From the human T2T-CHM13v2.0 reference genome, Homo sapiens: a stretch of DNA of 64,000 bases. Positions 43,780 to 57,551 of the stretch are shown here, piece by piece. Position numbers and translations under genes: made by a program. The notes under the pieces are model-generated. The model was not told where the DNA came from and ran no database searches. It saw only the letters and a program-made list of their open reading frames with translations. The DNA is taken from assembly GCF_009914755.1 (NCBI RefSeq), contig NC_060927.1. One strand, given 5' to 3'. Numbering within the stretch: position 1 is the stretch's first letter; every line of letters begins with the position of its first letter.

Positions 43780-44180
43780 GAAAGCTTTCTTGCTGCATTC
43801 AACCTCCAGCTTGTGCCTGGATACCCTTTCATCCTGTTTGTGTCCATGACACACTGTGCACATTCTTTGCCCAATATACTTTTCATATGGTATTGGAGTT
43901 GTCTCTGTGTGAGGGATCTGTGTCCCTCAGTAGCAGGGAACTCCTTAATTAAGGTATTTTTCAAAAAGCAACTTCCAGAATGCCTTCCCTCTTATTTTCT
44001 AAGTAACGTATTCTTTAGACCACTTTTAGGCACATTGCAGTTTGTTTTCATTTATTTACATTATAGAGTATGATCAATTGTTGTGGAAGTCTGTCTTGTT
44101 TCTTCCATTTCCAGTGCTTCACACAGTGTCGGGCACACAGTACACACTTCAATATTTGTTGAATGAATATGCAAATGAAA
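43780..44180 (+). mobile_element. L2 3' end
   Basis: ccagtgcttcacacagtgtcgggcacacagtacacacttcaatatttgttgaatgaat. Confidence 0.75.
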
Positions 44181-44302
44181 GAGTACACCGTAACTTTTTT
44201 ATCATCATATGTCCAGCGACACCTTTTTATCTAATGCATAATAGCTATCTTAATGGTAAAAAGACTTGTGTGAAGTATTAGAAACAAGAAAATTAAAACT
44301 TA

Positions 44303-44524
44303 TTTTTGATTTGTTTGTTTGTTTTTAATTTCCCTGCCTCAGCCTGCCCAGTAGCTGGGACTACAGGTGTTCTCCACCATGCCCAGCTAATTTTTTGTAC
44401 TTTCAGTAGAGATGGGTTACACCATGTTGGCTAGGCTGGTCTTGAACTTCTGACCTCAAGTCATCTGCCCGCCATGGCCTCCTAAAGTGCTGGGATTACA
44501 GGAATGAGTCACCATGCCTGGCCG
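44303..44524 (-). mobile_element. AluS with ~100 bp deleted from the right arm
   Basis: A TTTG tail joins directly to ccctgcctcagcc. The left arm is complete. Confidence 0.88.
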
Positions 44525-46433
44525 GAAATTATTGTTAATATATAATTCAACTACTTGAATATGTAAATTACCAGATGGTATATCAGTAGAGGCAGAGAAT
44601 AAGCTGATACCTAAACCCTGGGTTATATAATATATACTATATTTTCATCTAATTTTATTTACCAGTTAACATCCTAATGCCTGATTTCTCCATTACAAAA
44701 TGGACTCAGTTTTACAGCTGTCTTCTAAAAAATCATAGAGATTACCAACTATGTAAAATATTAAAATACTTTAGAAAACATTTATTCCAACCCTATTATA
44801 TTAAAATGAGTAAATTTAGATTCACTGTGATAGGTAATAGCTACCACTTATATAGTACATTTCAGCTGTTAAAAATTGTTTGTAGATTACCTTATCATCT
44901 GGGTTTCACATAATCTTAGAGGAAAACCAAAGGACCTGACCAAAGTACCATGAATACATGAGTAGATATTTGAGATGTTTTCTACTTTTTGCTATTTAAA
45001 TATATTTGAAATGATTATTTCTGAACAAATTTCTCCGATGGATTTCTAGATCTCTTTCAGCTATTTTAGAAATAAAATTAAATTATAAAAAATGAATATA
45101 AAGTTTTTGAAATTGTTCAGTGTTGCCCTTTACAGATTAATCTATTAACATTGTAGGTTTTGAATCATAAAATATCATTAATAGAACAAAATAGAACATG
45201 CTCTTTTTTTCAACATTATTTGTCTTTTACATACTTTCAGATAAATTCAATATTCATTTTACATTTTCATTGAAGCAGATATATTTGCATGGTAACTGAA
45301 GTATAGTATGAAATTTTCCACTTCTTTAAGGTCTTCTTGCATAAATAACTTATAATGATAACAGGGACAACAAAGCAACATTTTTAAAATATGTAATAAA
45401 CACATAAAAACTGTCATACAAGGTCTCTTTAACTACTTTCAAGAGTGAATATGCTTATACATTTTTTAAATTTCTACATAGTTTTTTATTTTTTACAAAA
45501 TTTTAATTGTAGATATTTTTAATTTAATAAGTACTTTCATTGACATCATTTCTAATGTCTACTTCACACCTTCACAAGAACACATCATAAATCAGATAAT
45601 GACTTTTGTATTGCTAAACTGAAAGAAAAACAGAGTACATGTACCAAATTGCAACAGTGTTTTTCAGTAAGTTAGGGGATTTTGTTGATTTATGTGTTTC
45701 CTTTATTTTTTCTGTTTTCAATATTGAAAATATTAACAATTTAATCCAAGTAATTTTAAATATACTTCATTGATATTTCTAAGTAAAACAAATATATATT
45801 AAAACATAACTATAAATTTTAGTAAAAGAGCTAGGACTCAGTTTTGGAATTAAAGTAGCTAAATTTTAATAGGGAAAACATTTTTCAAAGTAAGTGACAC
45901 AAAGCTCTTGAATTAAAATGACCGAGGATGAGTGAAACAGAGCATAGAATAAATCTTCTCAAACGAAATAGCAGCACTCTGGAGGATTACTGCCATGCTC
46001 TATTTCTTTCAGTTTGTTCCTGTGTTCTATCATTGTAATACAGACATAGTCGGTAGTTGGTCTCAAATGAATTGGTTAAAATGCCTAACTGGAAGAAAAA
46101 TGTATACAAAAATTGAATAATTTCTAACTGCTTATTAATGTCAAATGCTCAAAATTTCACAATTTGAATATGCTGAACGGAAATGAAAGGTATATTTTAT
46201 ACATGCTAATAATTTCCATGGTTTATACAAGTAAAATATTTAGACCAACCAAAATTTTATATGGCTGAAAAAAATCCACAACCTTTGACTAAGAGCAAAC
46301 ATGTAGTTATCATCTTTTATGCATGTATATAGCATTAAAATACATGCATATAGAATTAGCATGTTGAGGAATGGATCATGTTATGAAAGAAAATATGGTG
46401 GATAAAATGGTCAAAATATTAAAATGTATAATA

Positions 46434-46484
46434 TTAGTTTGGTGCAAAAGTAATTGTGGTTTTTGGGATTGAAAGTAATGGCAA
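46434..46484. mobile_element. Truncated MADE1
   Basis: ttagtttggtgcaaaagtaattgtggtttttgggattgaaagtaatggcaa, with the second TIR missing. Confidence 0.85.
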
Positions 46485-47986
46485 TGCTTTAGTTTCCCCT
46501 CATCATTGAACTGCTGTATTCCAAAAAAATTACCAAAAGGCAAATTAAAGTGCTATTAATTACAGTCAGGGTTCAGCCTATTTTTATAAATGCTTTTTTT
46601 TTTTTGGTAAACCACTCCCTTATTTCCTTCAGTGACATTTCAGCTTCCCTATGCAATTATGACATTTTCTAACATATTTAGAGATAATAAGACTGATTCC
46701 CCAACTAGAGAGTTTGTCTCTGTTATTTGAACAGCACAGTGATACTGATCTGTCCAGACACCAGTAATCACGTCTACCTATTAACATTTACTTAGACAAA
46801 TTACAAATTTAGATACAAAGTATTTAATTAAATCATCATCCATATATACACATTTATAAGCTGCTGATATGTTATAGATATTACAGTGCACTTCATCTAA
46901 CGTGAATTTATTGTTTCAAAGGTGCAGTCTCAAAGGACTAATGCCCTTATTTGCTGAAATGCAAAGCAACAGTTCTATGGATCCTTCCAACCTCGTTAAA
47001 ACCTTTAAAAAGTCTGTAATCAGTAACCATGGAGACTTATCTCCACAGAAACAATACTCTCAAATTAGTTGTGAAAGGAGGTCAACTAGAGGAACACAAT
47101 TTCTCTTTTGTTTTACCTTTCTAGGTTGCAGACACAAACACAAGACAAATTATATTCTAACAATTAAAGATAATGTTAATTGAGCATATATATATTGCCC
47201 TAAATATTTAATCTTCACCTAAAAATTTCAGGAAAACTTCGGTAACATTGATATATTCCAAGTGAACTCTTAGGTATTTCATATTGTGATTCATAGTGCT
47301 AATTCCCATATACTTGAAACCAAGGCAATATAAAGCCAAATCCATGTTAAATGGGTATCTGGGATTAAAAAATGTTTATCAAGGATCAGTACTTAAATGC
47401 CTTAATTAAAAATGAACTCAAAAATTTTTTTCCGGGAATAACTACTTATCCAAAGGTTGAAATAATTTTTAAGTTTTAGAATACCGTTTAGCATAATTTT
47501 TAACTTAAGATACAAATATTAATAAATGGTATTTAAATCACAGACTATAATCTAATTAGAAAACTTCTACCTAAAATATTTTAAAGGATCATGCTTGAAA
47601 TCTAGCCACAAATACTGAATTACAATAAACCACAAAATAATAAAATCATCACAGATCCAAATATATGCAGATATTGGTTAAAATGGCAGATTTGTGCAAG
47701 ATTAAATCTTAAAACCATATGCTTTATTAACAACAGATGTGACATTTAACAACTGTGCTCTAATTAGCTTCAAAACACACACTAATTCCCCTTTTAAACC
47801 ACAATATCCATTAACATGGAGATGAACTAGTGCCCAAGGTCTCTTCTATTTTCCAAATAATTGTTTGAAATGCTGACAACTCTAATTGCTCTAAATATTT
47901 TCATTCTTCCCTCACGCAAAGCAAAGTGCAATTTAACTTTATTCTTCTTTAAATTTCAGGTGCCCAGGGTTAAATATGTTGGAAAA

Positions 47987-48305
47987 CAGCAGTCCTCTCT
48001 TATGTGTGAGGGATACATTTTAAAAGCCCCAGTGGATACCTGAAACAAGTATAGTGTGGAACCTCATATGTACTATGGTTTTTTTCCCTATATATATGTG
48101 CTTGTGGTAAAGTTGAATTTATAATTAGGCACAGTAAGAGATAAACAACCATAATAATAGAATAATTATAACATAATACTGTAATAACAGGTATTTAAAA
48201 CATAACTTATTTATTTCTGGAATTTTTTACCTAATAATTTTGGACTATGATTGACCATGGGTAACTGAAATCACAATAAGTGAAAACATAGATAAGGGCT
48301 GCCCA
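47987..48305. mobile_element. Tigger2-derived MITE (Tigger2a-like)
   Basis: cagcagtcctctcttat...cccagtggatacctgaaac...ttaggcacagtaagagat...gggtaactgaaatcac...gataaggg. Confidence 0.75.
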
Positions 48306-49029
48306 TGATATTAATGCAGAAGAATATACAATATGTATCATGAAAAAATTCATAGAAGCTCAAGCAATAAAATATTAAGTTGTAATATTTTAAGACAATA
48401 CAGCGCCTAATCAGCAAAAAAAATTATACAACCTACCTTTAGACTTTATGTGTGTTTGTGTGTTTGTGCTATTTGCAGATTCAATAGATGATAGATCAAT
48501 CATACACAGCCAAACTGCTAAAATAAAATATACTTCTAAAACAATAGCATTACAACAATCTAGCTGTTTTTAATAAAATATTTAATTATCAAGCATATGA
48601 AAACATAACACATGTGCAGACATACACATGCATACACACATAGGGAAAAGACTGTAAAGTACATAATAAACAGAGGTAACAAAGATCTGAGGATAATGGA
48701 TACATTTGATCCTAGATTAAACAGGTGATCTGAAGTGAGGATTAGATTCAAGTTGAATTTCTTATTGAAACTGAAAGACTATTTAATAAAAAACATGCAG
48801 TAGATGTAAATGTATAAGCATGCCAGAATAAATAAAATTTCATTTGTTCCTGAAACTAAAGTGTCAGGTCAATTTATTATTTTACGAAATAAAACTATTT
48901 ATCTCCACAAATGTGTATGTGTTGAGTTCCTATTAAGTGGAGCAACAATTTAAAGTGGGTTAAAGATTCTAACCTATGGGTTCTGAACATTAATTTCAAA
49001 TAATAACAAACATCTAAGGGTTAGCATTT

Positions 49030-49357
49030 GGTGAACGATATGAGTATACAGTGGTAAAATTGGGGTTTCTTTGTGATGATGGAAATTCTGTGTCCTGATT
49101 GTTATGGTGGTCACACAGATCAATATGTGTGATAAAATTTAAGAACTATACTAAAAATAAAAAACAAAGTAGAAGGAAGTGAATGTAAAACTGTTCAAAT
49201 ATAAATATGATTTTATTAATTCATTACATTTCATCAGTGTATATTTCTTGGTTTTGACAATGTAGTATAATTATGCAAGACGTTCTCATTGGAGAAATTT
49301 GAGTAATTGATACATGAGGTTCTCTGTGCTACTTTTTGTACCTTATGTGACTCTAAA
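49030..49357 (+). mobile_element. L1MC/L1ME 3'UTR fragment
   Basis: ctttgtgatgatggaaattctgtgtcctgattg and tttcttggttttgacaatgtag. Confidence 0.65.
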
Positions 49358-50519
49358 ATTTTTTTTATTAATTCTTTATATTTTAAACTGTTATTTATGT
49401 TCAGGAGTACATGTGAAGTTTTGTTACATAGGTAAATTCGTGTCACGTGGGTTTGTTGTACAGATTATTTCATCACCCAAGTATTAAGCCCAGTACCCAA
49501 TAGTTATCTTTGGTTCTCTCCCTTCTCCCAACCTCTACCCTCAACCCTCCAGGAGACCCTGGTGTCTGTTGTTTCCTTCTTTGTGTTCATGAATTCTTAT
49601 CACTTAGCTCCCACTTACAGGTGAAAACATGTGGTATTTGGTTTTCTGTTTCGGTGTTAATTTGCTGAAGATAATAGCCTCCAGCCCCATCCATGTTTCT
49701 GCAAAAGGCATGATTTCACTCTTTCTTAAGGCTGCATAGGATTCCATGATGTCTATTTACCACATTTTCTTTATGTAGTCTATTGTTTATGGGCATTTGA
49801 GTTGACTTCATGTATTTGCTATTGTGAACAGTGCTGTAATGAACATACATATGCTTGTGTCTTTATAACAGAAAAATTTATATTCCTTTGGGCATATACT
49901 CAGTATTGGGGTTGCTGGGTCAAATGGTAGTTCTGTCTTTAGAACTTTGAGAAATAGCCACACTGTCTTCAACAATGGTTAAATTAATTTATACTCCCAG
50001 CAACAGTGTATAAGCATTCCTTTTACTCCACCACCTTGCAAGCATCTGTTATTTTTTTTTACTTTTTAGTAATAGCCATTCTAGCTGGTGCAAGATGGTA
50101 TCTCATTGTGATTTTTATTTACATTTCTCTATTGATTGGTGAGGTTAAGCTTTTCTTTTCATTTGCTTGTTGGCCACACATAAGACTTCTCAAAAGTGTT
50201 CATGTCCTTTGCTAATTTTTTCATGAGGCTGTTTTTTTCTTGTAAGTTTCTTAACGTTCCTTATAGATGTTGGATAGTGGACCTTTATTAGATACATAGT
50301 TTGCGTAATATATCTTACATCCTGTAGGGTGTCTGTTTACTCTGTTGATAATTTCTTTTGCTGTGCAGAAGCTCTTTTGTTTAATTAGATCCCATTTGTC
50401 ACTTTTTGCTTTTCTTGAAATTGCTTTTGGTGTCTTCGTCATGAAATCCTTGCTCGTGCCAATATTCTGAGTGGTATTGTCTACTTTGTCTTCCAGAGTT
50501 TTTATAGTTCTGGGTTTTG
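49358..50519 (-). mobile_element. L1PA (13-16-like) 3' 1.15 kb
   Basis: gttacataggtaaattcgtgtcacgtgggtttgttgtacagattatttcatcaccca and gctgtgcagaagctcttttgtttaattagatcccatttgtc. Confidence 0.92.
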
Positions 50520-51042
50520 TCTAGATTACCTGTCCAATGCTAAATGTGGAGTGTTAAGTCCCCAGATATTATCGTATTTGCATCTATTTCTCTCTTTAAT
50601 AATATTTGCTTTATATATGTGTGCTCTAACATTGAGTACATATGTATTTACAATTGTTATATTATTTTGTGGGGATAATGTATTTATCATTATAAAATGA
50701 CCTTCATTTTTCTCTTTCTACATTTTTTGTCTTGAAATCCATTATATGACTATGCCTATATTTTTTTGCTATTTGCATAGAATATCTTTTTTCCTTTTTT
50801 CACTTTCAATGTATGTGTGACTTTATAGGTGAAGTGATATTCTTGTGGACAGCTTATAGTTGGGTTTTTTTAAAATCAGTTCAGTAACTCCATTACTGAA
50901 TAATTAAGTACATTTAGATGTAATATTACCGATAGGTAAGGACTTAATACTAGCATTTTGTTATTTTTTATTGTTTTGTTCGTTTTGTCTTATTTTCTTC
51001 CCTTCTGTATCCCTATGGGTAAAAGTTCTTCTCTGGTAGTAT

Positions 51043-52419
51043 CGTGTCCCGAATTGGTGAGCTCTTGGTCTCATTGACTTCAAGAATGAAGCCGCAGACC
51101 CTCGCGGTGAGTGTTACAGTTCTTAAAGGTGGCGTGTCTGGAGTTTGTTCCTTCTGATGTTCAGATGTGTTCAGAGTTTCTTCCTTCTGGTGGGTTCGTG
51201 GTCTCGCCGGCTCACGAGTGAGAATGCAGACCTTGCAGTGAGTGTTACAGCTCTTAAGGCGGCGCCTCTGGAGTTGTTCATTACTAGTGGTGTGCTCCTG
51301 GTGTCTTTAGCTTCAGGAGTGAAGCTGCAGACCTTCGTGGTGAGTGTTACAGCTCATAAAGGCAGTCTGGATCCAAACAGTGAGCAGTAGCAAGACTTAT
51401 TGCAAAGACCGAAAGAACAAAGCTTCCATGGTGGGGAAGGGGAGCTGAGCAGGTTGCCACTGCTCGCTGGGGCAGCCTGCTTTTATTCTCTTATCTGGCC
51501 CCACCCACATCCTGCTGATTGGTAGAGCCAAGTGGTCTGTTTTGACAGGGCGCTGATTGGTGCGTTTACAATCCCTGAGCTAGACACAAAGGTTCTCCAC
51601 CTCCCCACCAGATTAGCTAGATACAGCGTGTCCATTGGTGCATTCACAAACCCTGAGCTAGACACAGGGTGCTGATTGGTGTGTTTACAAACCTTGAGTT
51701 AGCTACAGAGTGCCGATTGGTGTATTTACAATCCCTGAGCTAGACATAAAGGTTCTCCTCGTCCCACCAGACTCAGGAGCCCAGCTGGCTTCACCCAGTG
51801 GATCCCGCACAGGGGTGTAGGTGGAACTGCCTGCCAGTCCCACGCCATGCACCCGCACTCCTCAGCCCTTGGGTGGTCGATGGGACTGGGCGCTGTGGAG
51901 CAGGGGACGGCGCTCGTGGAGGAGGCTCGGGCCGCACAGAAGCCCATGGAGTGGGTGGGAGGCTCAGGCATGGCGAGCTGCAGGTCCCGAGCCCTGCCCT
52001 GCGGGAAGGCAGCTAAGGCCCGGCGAGAAATCGAGCGCAGCGCCGGTGGGCCGGCACTGCTGGGGGACCCAGTACACCCTCCGCAGCCGCTGGCCCGGGT
52101 GCTAAGCCCCTCATTGCCCGGGGCCGGCAGGGCCGGCCCGCTGCTCTGAGTGCGGGCCCGCCAAGCCCACGCCCACCCGGAACTCCAGCTGGCCCGCAAG
52201 CGCGGCGCGCAGCCCCGGTTCCCGCTCGCGCCTCTCGCTCCACACCTCCCTGCAAGCTAAGGGAGCCGGCTCTGGCCTTAGCCAGCCCAGAAAGGGGCTC
52301 CAACAGTGCAGTGGTGGGCTGAAGTGTTCCTCAAGTGCCGCCGAAGTGGGAGCCCAGGCAGAGGAGGCGCCGAGAGCGAAGGAGGGCTGTGAGGACTGCC
52401 AGCACGTTGTCACCTCTCA
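51043..52419 (-). mobile_element. LTR12C-like (ERV9) solo LTR, 1377 bp
   Basis: Termini gtgtcccgaattggtg and gcacgttgtcacctctca. 4-bp TSD gtat at 51039-51042 and 52420-52423. CpG-rich U3 and repeated gtgagtgttacag units. Confidence 0.95.
51481..51745 (-). promoter_or_regulatory. LTR12 U3 promoter/enhancer: CCAAT repeats, GATA and TATA-like box
   Basis: Five ATTGG sites (CCAAT on minus) near 51518, 51556, 51634, 51675 and 51716. GATAAG and AATAAAA on minus at 51481-51495. Activity is not shown by sequence alone. Confidence 0.65.
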
Positions 52420-52670
52420 GTATGTTTTAATTTCTTGCTTTTTACTGTTTGTTTAACTGTTATGGGTTTTTCTTTTGTAGTTAACATGAGGCTTGCTTGC
52501 AAGTAACATTTTAGAACCAACTATTTTAAACTGCTGACAACCTAATACTAATTACAGAGAGAAAAAAAAAACAAAAACAACAAGCAGAGAGAACACTAAA
52601 AACCTTCACACTTTAACTGTATTCCCCATGCTTTGTGACTTTTAATTGTCTCTGCTTTTTTGGTATATCA

Positions 52671-52823
<153 letters not shown>

Positions 52824-53829
52824 TTATTATTTTGGTAGTTTTTTAGCTTTCCTTAAGAAATATGAGTGGTTTTCACGCCGTGATTACAGTGTTAGAGTAT
52901 TCTGTGTTTGTGCGTGTACTTACTATTTTCCGTGAGTTTTATACTTTCAGATGATTTCTTCTTGCTAGTTAACTTCCTTTTAGTTTAGATTGAAGAACTT
53001 CCTTTAGCATTTTTTATAAAATAGGTCTGATGTTGACAAAATCCCCTATTTTTTGTTTGTCTCGGAGAATCTATATTTCTTTTTCATGTTTGAAGGGTAA
53101 TTTTGCCAGATACTTCCAAATGGGAAAACTATATCTGGCAAACAAACAAACAAAAAAACAAAAAAAAAACCCTTTTTTTCACTTCTTTCAGCACTTTGAA
53201 TATGTCATCCCACTCTCACCTGACTTGTAAGGTTTCTACTGAAAAGTATGTTGCCAGATGCCAGATGTTTGAGAGCTCTTTTGTATTTATTTATTTCTTT
53301 TTTCTTTCTGGTTTTAGGATCTTTTCTTTACCTTTGACCTTTGGGAATTTGATTTTTAAGTACCTTTAGGTAGTTGAATCTTTTTGTCTTTCTTTCTTAT
53401 CTTGTATCTGAATATTGATTTCTTTCTTTAGGTTTGGAAATTTCTCTGTTATTATTTCTATGAATAAACTTTCTACCCAGTATCTCTCTCTACTTCCTCT
53501 TTACAGCCAATAACTCTTAAATTTGTCCTTTTGAAGCTATTTTCTAGATCTTGCCGTAAGCTTCATTTTTTTTTAATGTTTTACTTTTTCTCTTCTGATT
53601 GTGTATTTTTATATAGGCTGTCTTCAGGATCATTAATTCTTTCTTTTGCTTGATGAATTCTGCTATTGAGAGACTCTGATGCATATTTCAGTTTGTCAAT
53701 TGAATATTTTAGCTCCAGAATTTCTACTTTATTTTTAGTGTCAATCTCTTTATTAAATGCTTCTGATAGAATTTTGAATTTCTTCTGTTTTTTTTTTTTT
53801 TTTTGGAGTTTGTTGAACATCCTCAAAAC

Positions 53830-56225
53830 ACACCTTGATAAAGTTAAAAGAATAGATCATATAACATGTGCTCATACCAAAATATAATTAAACCATATAT
53901 CAATAACTTAAAGATAGCTGGAAAACCTCTAAATATTTGTAAATTAGAAGACATGCATACTTCAAACTAACACATACATCAAAACAAAGTCTAAAGAGAA
54001 ATTACTAAAAATATATTTTGAACAGACTGAATATGAAAATGCAACATATCCAAATTTGTCTGATGCAGGGAAACCAGTATTTAAATAACAGTTCATAGCA
54101 TTAAGTGAATAATCAAAAAGAAATTTTAAAATTACATTAATAACCTAAGACTTCAAGTTAGGAAACTACAGATAAAGGAGAATTTCTTTGCTAACACAAA
54201 CAGAAAAAAAATACATAATAAAAATTAGAGTAGAGATCAACGATAATTGAAGCATGGAAATAATATAAAAAATGAATAAAATAAAAGCTGGTTACTTTAG
54301 AAAATCAATTAAAAGGGATATATTTTAGAATGGCTGCAAACAATAGCAAAAATATATGACACAAATTATCAATGTCAGAAATGAAAGAGGTTATTACTGA
54401 TCCTGTTGATATTAAAGGATAATAAACACTACAAACTATGTTAGGCACACACATTTATTAATCTAAAATGAACCTTTTTTTAAATCACACAACTATAAAA
54501 AGTCACACAAGATTGAAAGGATAACAAGAATAGAGCTAATAAAGAAAATAAATTAATAACCTTGCAAAAATAAAATGTAAAATTCAAATGGTTTCACTAG
54601 TAAATTCTACCAAATATTAAATGAGAAATCATAAATATATTATTCAACATTTCTTCCAAAAAAGAATAGAGGAAAATACTTTCTAACTCATTCTATGAGG
54701 CAGCATTGTCCTTATACTGAAGTCAGATAAAAGCTTTACAAGAAAGAAAAACTGCAGATCAGTCTCTCTCACAAATATAGAAGCCAAACTCCTAAACAAG
54801 TATTTGCAATTTAATTTTAAAAAGTATAAAAATAATTATATATTATGTTCAAGTTAGTATAGAAATCTGGATCAAAATGTAAAAATAAAACAATATGTTA
54901 TTATTTAAGATTGAGTGCCTGTATTAAAACATCTCATATACCCCATAAACATATACACCACTATGTACACATAAAAATTAAAATTTTAAAAATTTAAAAA
55001 CTAAAATCAGAAAATATAATCTATGGCATCAAAATGCGAAAGATGACAAATCATGACCATATTAAGTGATACGGAAAAACCATGTGACAAAATTCATAAA
55101 CGATTCATGATAGAAACACTCAGAACCAATGAACATCAGAAAACTAGAGGAACATCTTCAACTTGACAAAGAACATCATAAAAATTCTAGTGTTGGTAAA
55201 AAAAAAACAGTGCTTTTCCTTCATCCCAAAACAAGGTAAAATATATACTCTCTATTCAGTCTCTAAATGGAAGTCTATAGGACAAAGTCAATCAATTGGA
55301 CAAAGACAAGAAAATGAACTTAAAGATCTATAGATTAGAAAGAAATAAATACAACTCTCTTTATTCACAGATAAAATCTTTGTCTATATAAAGTATCCAA
55401 AAAAAGTACAATGAACATTCTTAGAATGTTAAACAATATAAGCAAGGGTAAAATGCAATGGTACAAATATTAAACAATATATGTTCAATATATAAATGTA
55501 AATTGTATACTTATTTACCATCAATGAATAATTAAAATTTTAAATTAAAAAACCAATTTCAAAATTACTCAAAAATAAAATACTTAACAATTATAACAAA
55601 ATATGTACTGGAATTCTATGTAGAAAACTATAAAATGCTGACGTATGAAATTAAAGAGCTAAATAAATGGAGAGACATTCCATGTTCAAGGATTGGAAGA
55701 CTACATATTTATGAAATTGTCTAAATTTAACATTAAAGCTATAGATTCAATCCCAACCTAAATTTGCAGTTCCAATCACAGTCCAAGTAAACTATTTCAT
55801 AGTGATAAACACATTAATTCAGAAATTTGTATTGAATGAAGAAAGACCTAAAATAAGCAAAAAAAAAAAAAATAGTAAAGAAGAAGAGAAAGTTGGAGGG
55901 CTAGCATTATTTGAGTTTAAGACTTTCTACAAATATAAATAATAAAAAAGTATGACATTAGAGAAAGAATAGACACATACATAAATGTAACAGAATAGAG
56001 AGCTCAGAAATACGCCCATGCAAATATAGCCAGTGACCGTTGACAAAGTCACAAAGGCTTTACAATGAAAATAGGATTGTCTTTTAAACAAAGGATCCTG
56101 AGAGAATTGAATGTCTATATGCAAATGATAAATGAATAAATAAGAACCTGGATAAAGACTTTAACATTATTCACAAAAAATAACTCAGATTAATTAGGAA
56201 TTTAAATGTAAAACACAAAACAAAA
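53830..56225 (+). mobile_element. Old L1 (L1MC/L1MD-like) ORF2 fragment with a nested L1MA 3' tip (~54915-55000)
   Basis: caacatatccaaatttgtctgatgcag, atggtttcactagtaaattctaccaaa, ctaaataaatggagagacattccatgttcaaggattggaagac. Confidence 0.85.
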
Positions 56226-56636
56226 ATGTGTGCATTATCAATGCTCATTTTTACATTTTGTACCCTTTTCTCCTGGCAGCCTTTTATTGCATCTCCTCAT
56301 ACAAAGATCATCCATACAGTTGGCATGTTGTTGCTTTTCTCAAATTTAATTAAAAAGCATATAGCACAAGCTCTAGCATAAAGTAGATGCAAGAACAGTA
56401 TAAGCCTCCCTCATGGATTTCTATTTGAAGGTTACCAAATAAAATATGAGTAAAAGAACCGTAAGATGCAGGAATTAAAGCTCCAGTGGAGTAGGCAGTA
56501 TCAGCTTCCTTATATTATAAAACAAACATAAATATATAGATTGTATAATCCTCCCTTGACTAAGAGTGTCCACAATCTGACTCATGCTTACCTAGTGAAC
56601 GATAAATATTATTTTTTGCTATGGCAAATTAGGGTG

Positions 56637-56688
56637 GAACATGGATATCAATATTTTATAGAGAACATGGATATCAATATTTTATAGA
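56637..56688. repeat. Perfect 26-bp tandem duplication
   Basis: gaacatggatatcaatattttataga x2. Confidence 0.95.
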
Positions 56689-56773
56689 GGGAAATTACAG
56701 AAAATCCACCTAGGGAAATACATTCAAACATGTCAGTAGAACAAGACAGTATCAGTGGTAGTATTAGCATTCA

Positions 56774-57201
56774 TGTTAGTTTCCTCGGGTTGCCATAACA
56801 AAATACCACACACTGAGTGATTTTAAACAGCAGAAATTTATTTTACAGATTTAGAGGCTAGAAATCTGAGAAGATGTTGACAAGGCCATGCTCCATCTGA
56901 AGACACTAGGGAAGGATTTATTCCAGAACTCTGCCCCAGCCTCTGGTGATTCCTTGATTTGTGGTAGCAAAACTCAAACTTTCACTTGCCATTCTCCCTG
57001 TGTGCTTGCCTTGATTCCAATTTCCCGTTTTTCTTAAGGCCACCAGTTATATTGGAAAATGGACCCACCCCACTTCAGTAGGACCTGATTATAACTAATT
57101 ATGTCTGAAATGATCCAGTTTTTAAAGAAGGCCACATTCTGAGATACTGGAAGTGAGGATATCAACACATGAATTTTGGGGTACATAATTAAACTCATAA
57201 A
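56774..57201 (-). mobile_element. MaLR LTR (MLT1B/C-like)
   Basis: ttagtttcctcgggttgccataacaaaataccacacactg...aaggccacattctgagatactgg. Confidence 0.88.
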
Positions 57202-57494
57202 AGGAAGTATCAAGGACTAAGATTAAGCAAGATGAGAAGCAACTTTTAGAAAATGGGGGCATACCAGTGCCAGAAATAACATCTTGAATTGTGTAAAGTG
57301 GTTTGTATACCAGAGATTGGTGGCCAATTTAAGGGTTCAAAGTTATTGATATATATATATGGATAAGTTATATAGAGTGATGTACTCAGATATGTAATGT
57401 TAAACTGAGCACTATCCATTATTATATTACTTAAAACATCTACACATCTATAGATTTAACTTTGTTTTTTAAAATATAGCCATCCCCAGTCTTG

Positions 57495-57551
57495 ATTTAT
57501 ACAACATACATATATATGTATACATATATTATATATGTATGTTGTATAAAT
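57495..57551. repeat. Perfect inverted repeat, 22-bp arms and 13-nt spacer
   Basis: atttatacaacatacatatata ... tatatatgtatgttgtataaat. Confidence 0.92.

Noticed and set aside
34197-44524. Two antisense Alus truncated at nearly the same right-arm position
   Set aside because: No shared private variants or flanks.
51100-51760. Spaced direct repeats resembling a CRISPR array
   Set aside because: These are the known LTR12 U5 and U3 tandem units, in a eukaryotic context with no cas genes.
51145-52413. Several 60-157 aa ORFs on both strands
   Set aside because: All lie inside the GC-rich LTR12 and are typical spurious LTR12 ORFs.
53581-53826. ORF1p-like 81-aa ORF
   Set aside because: A fossil L1 fragment with no intact ORF1 or ORF2 around it.
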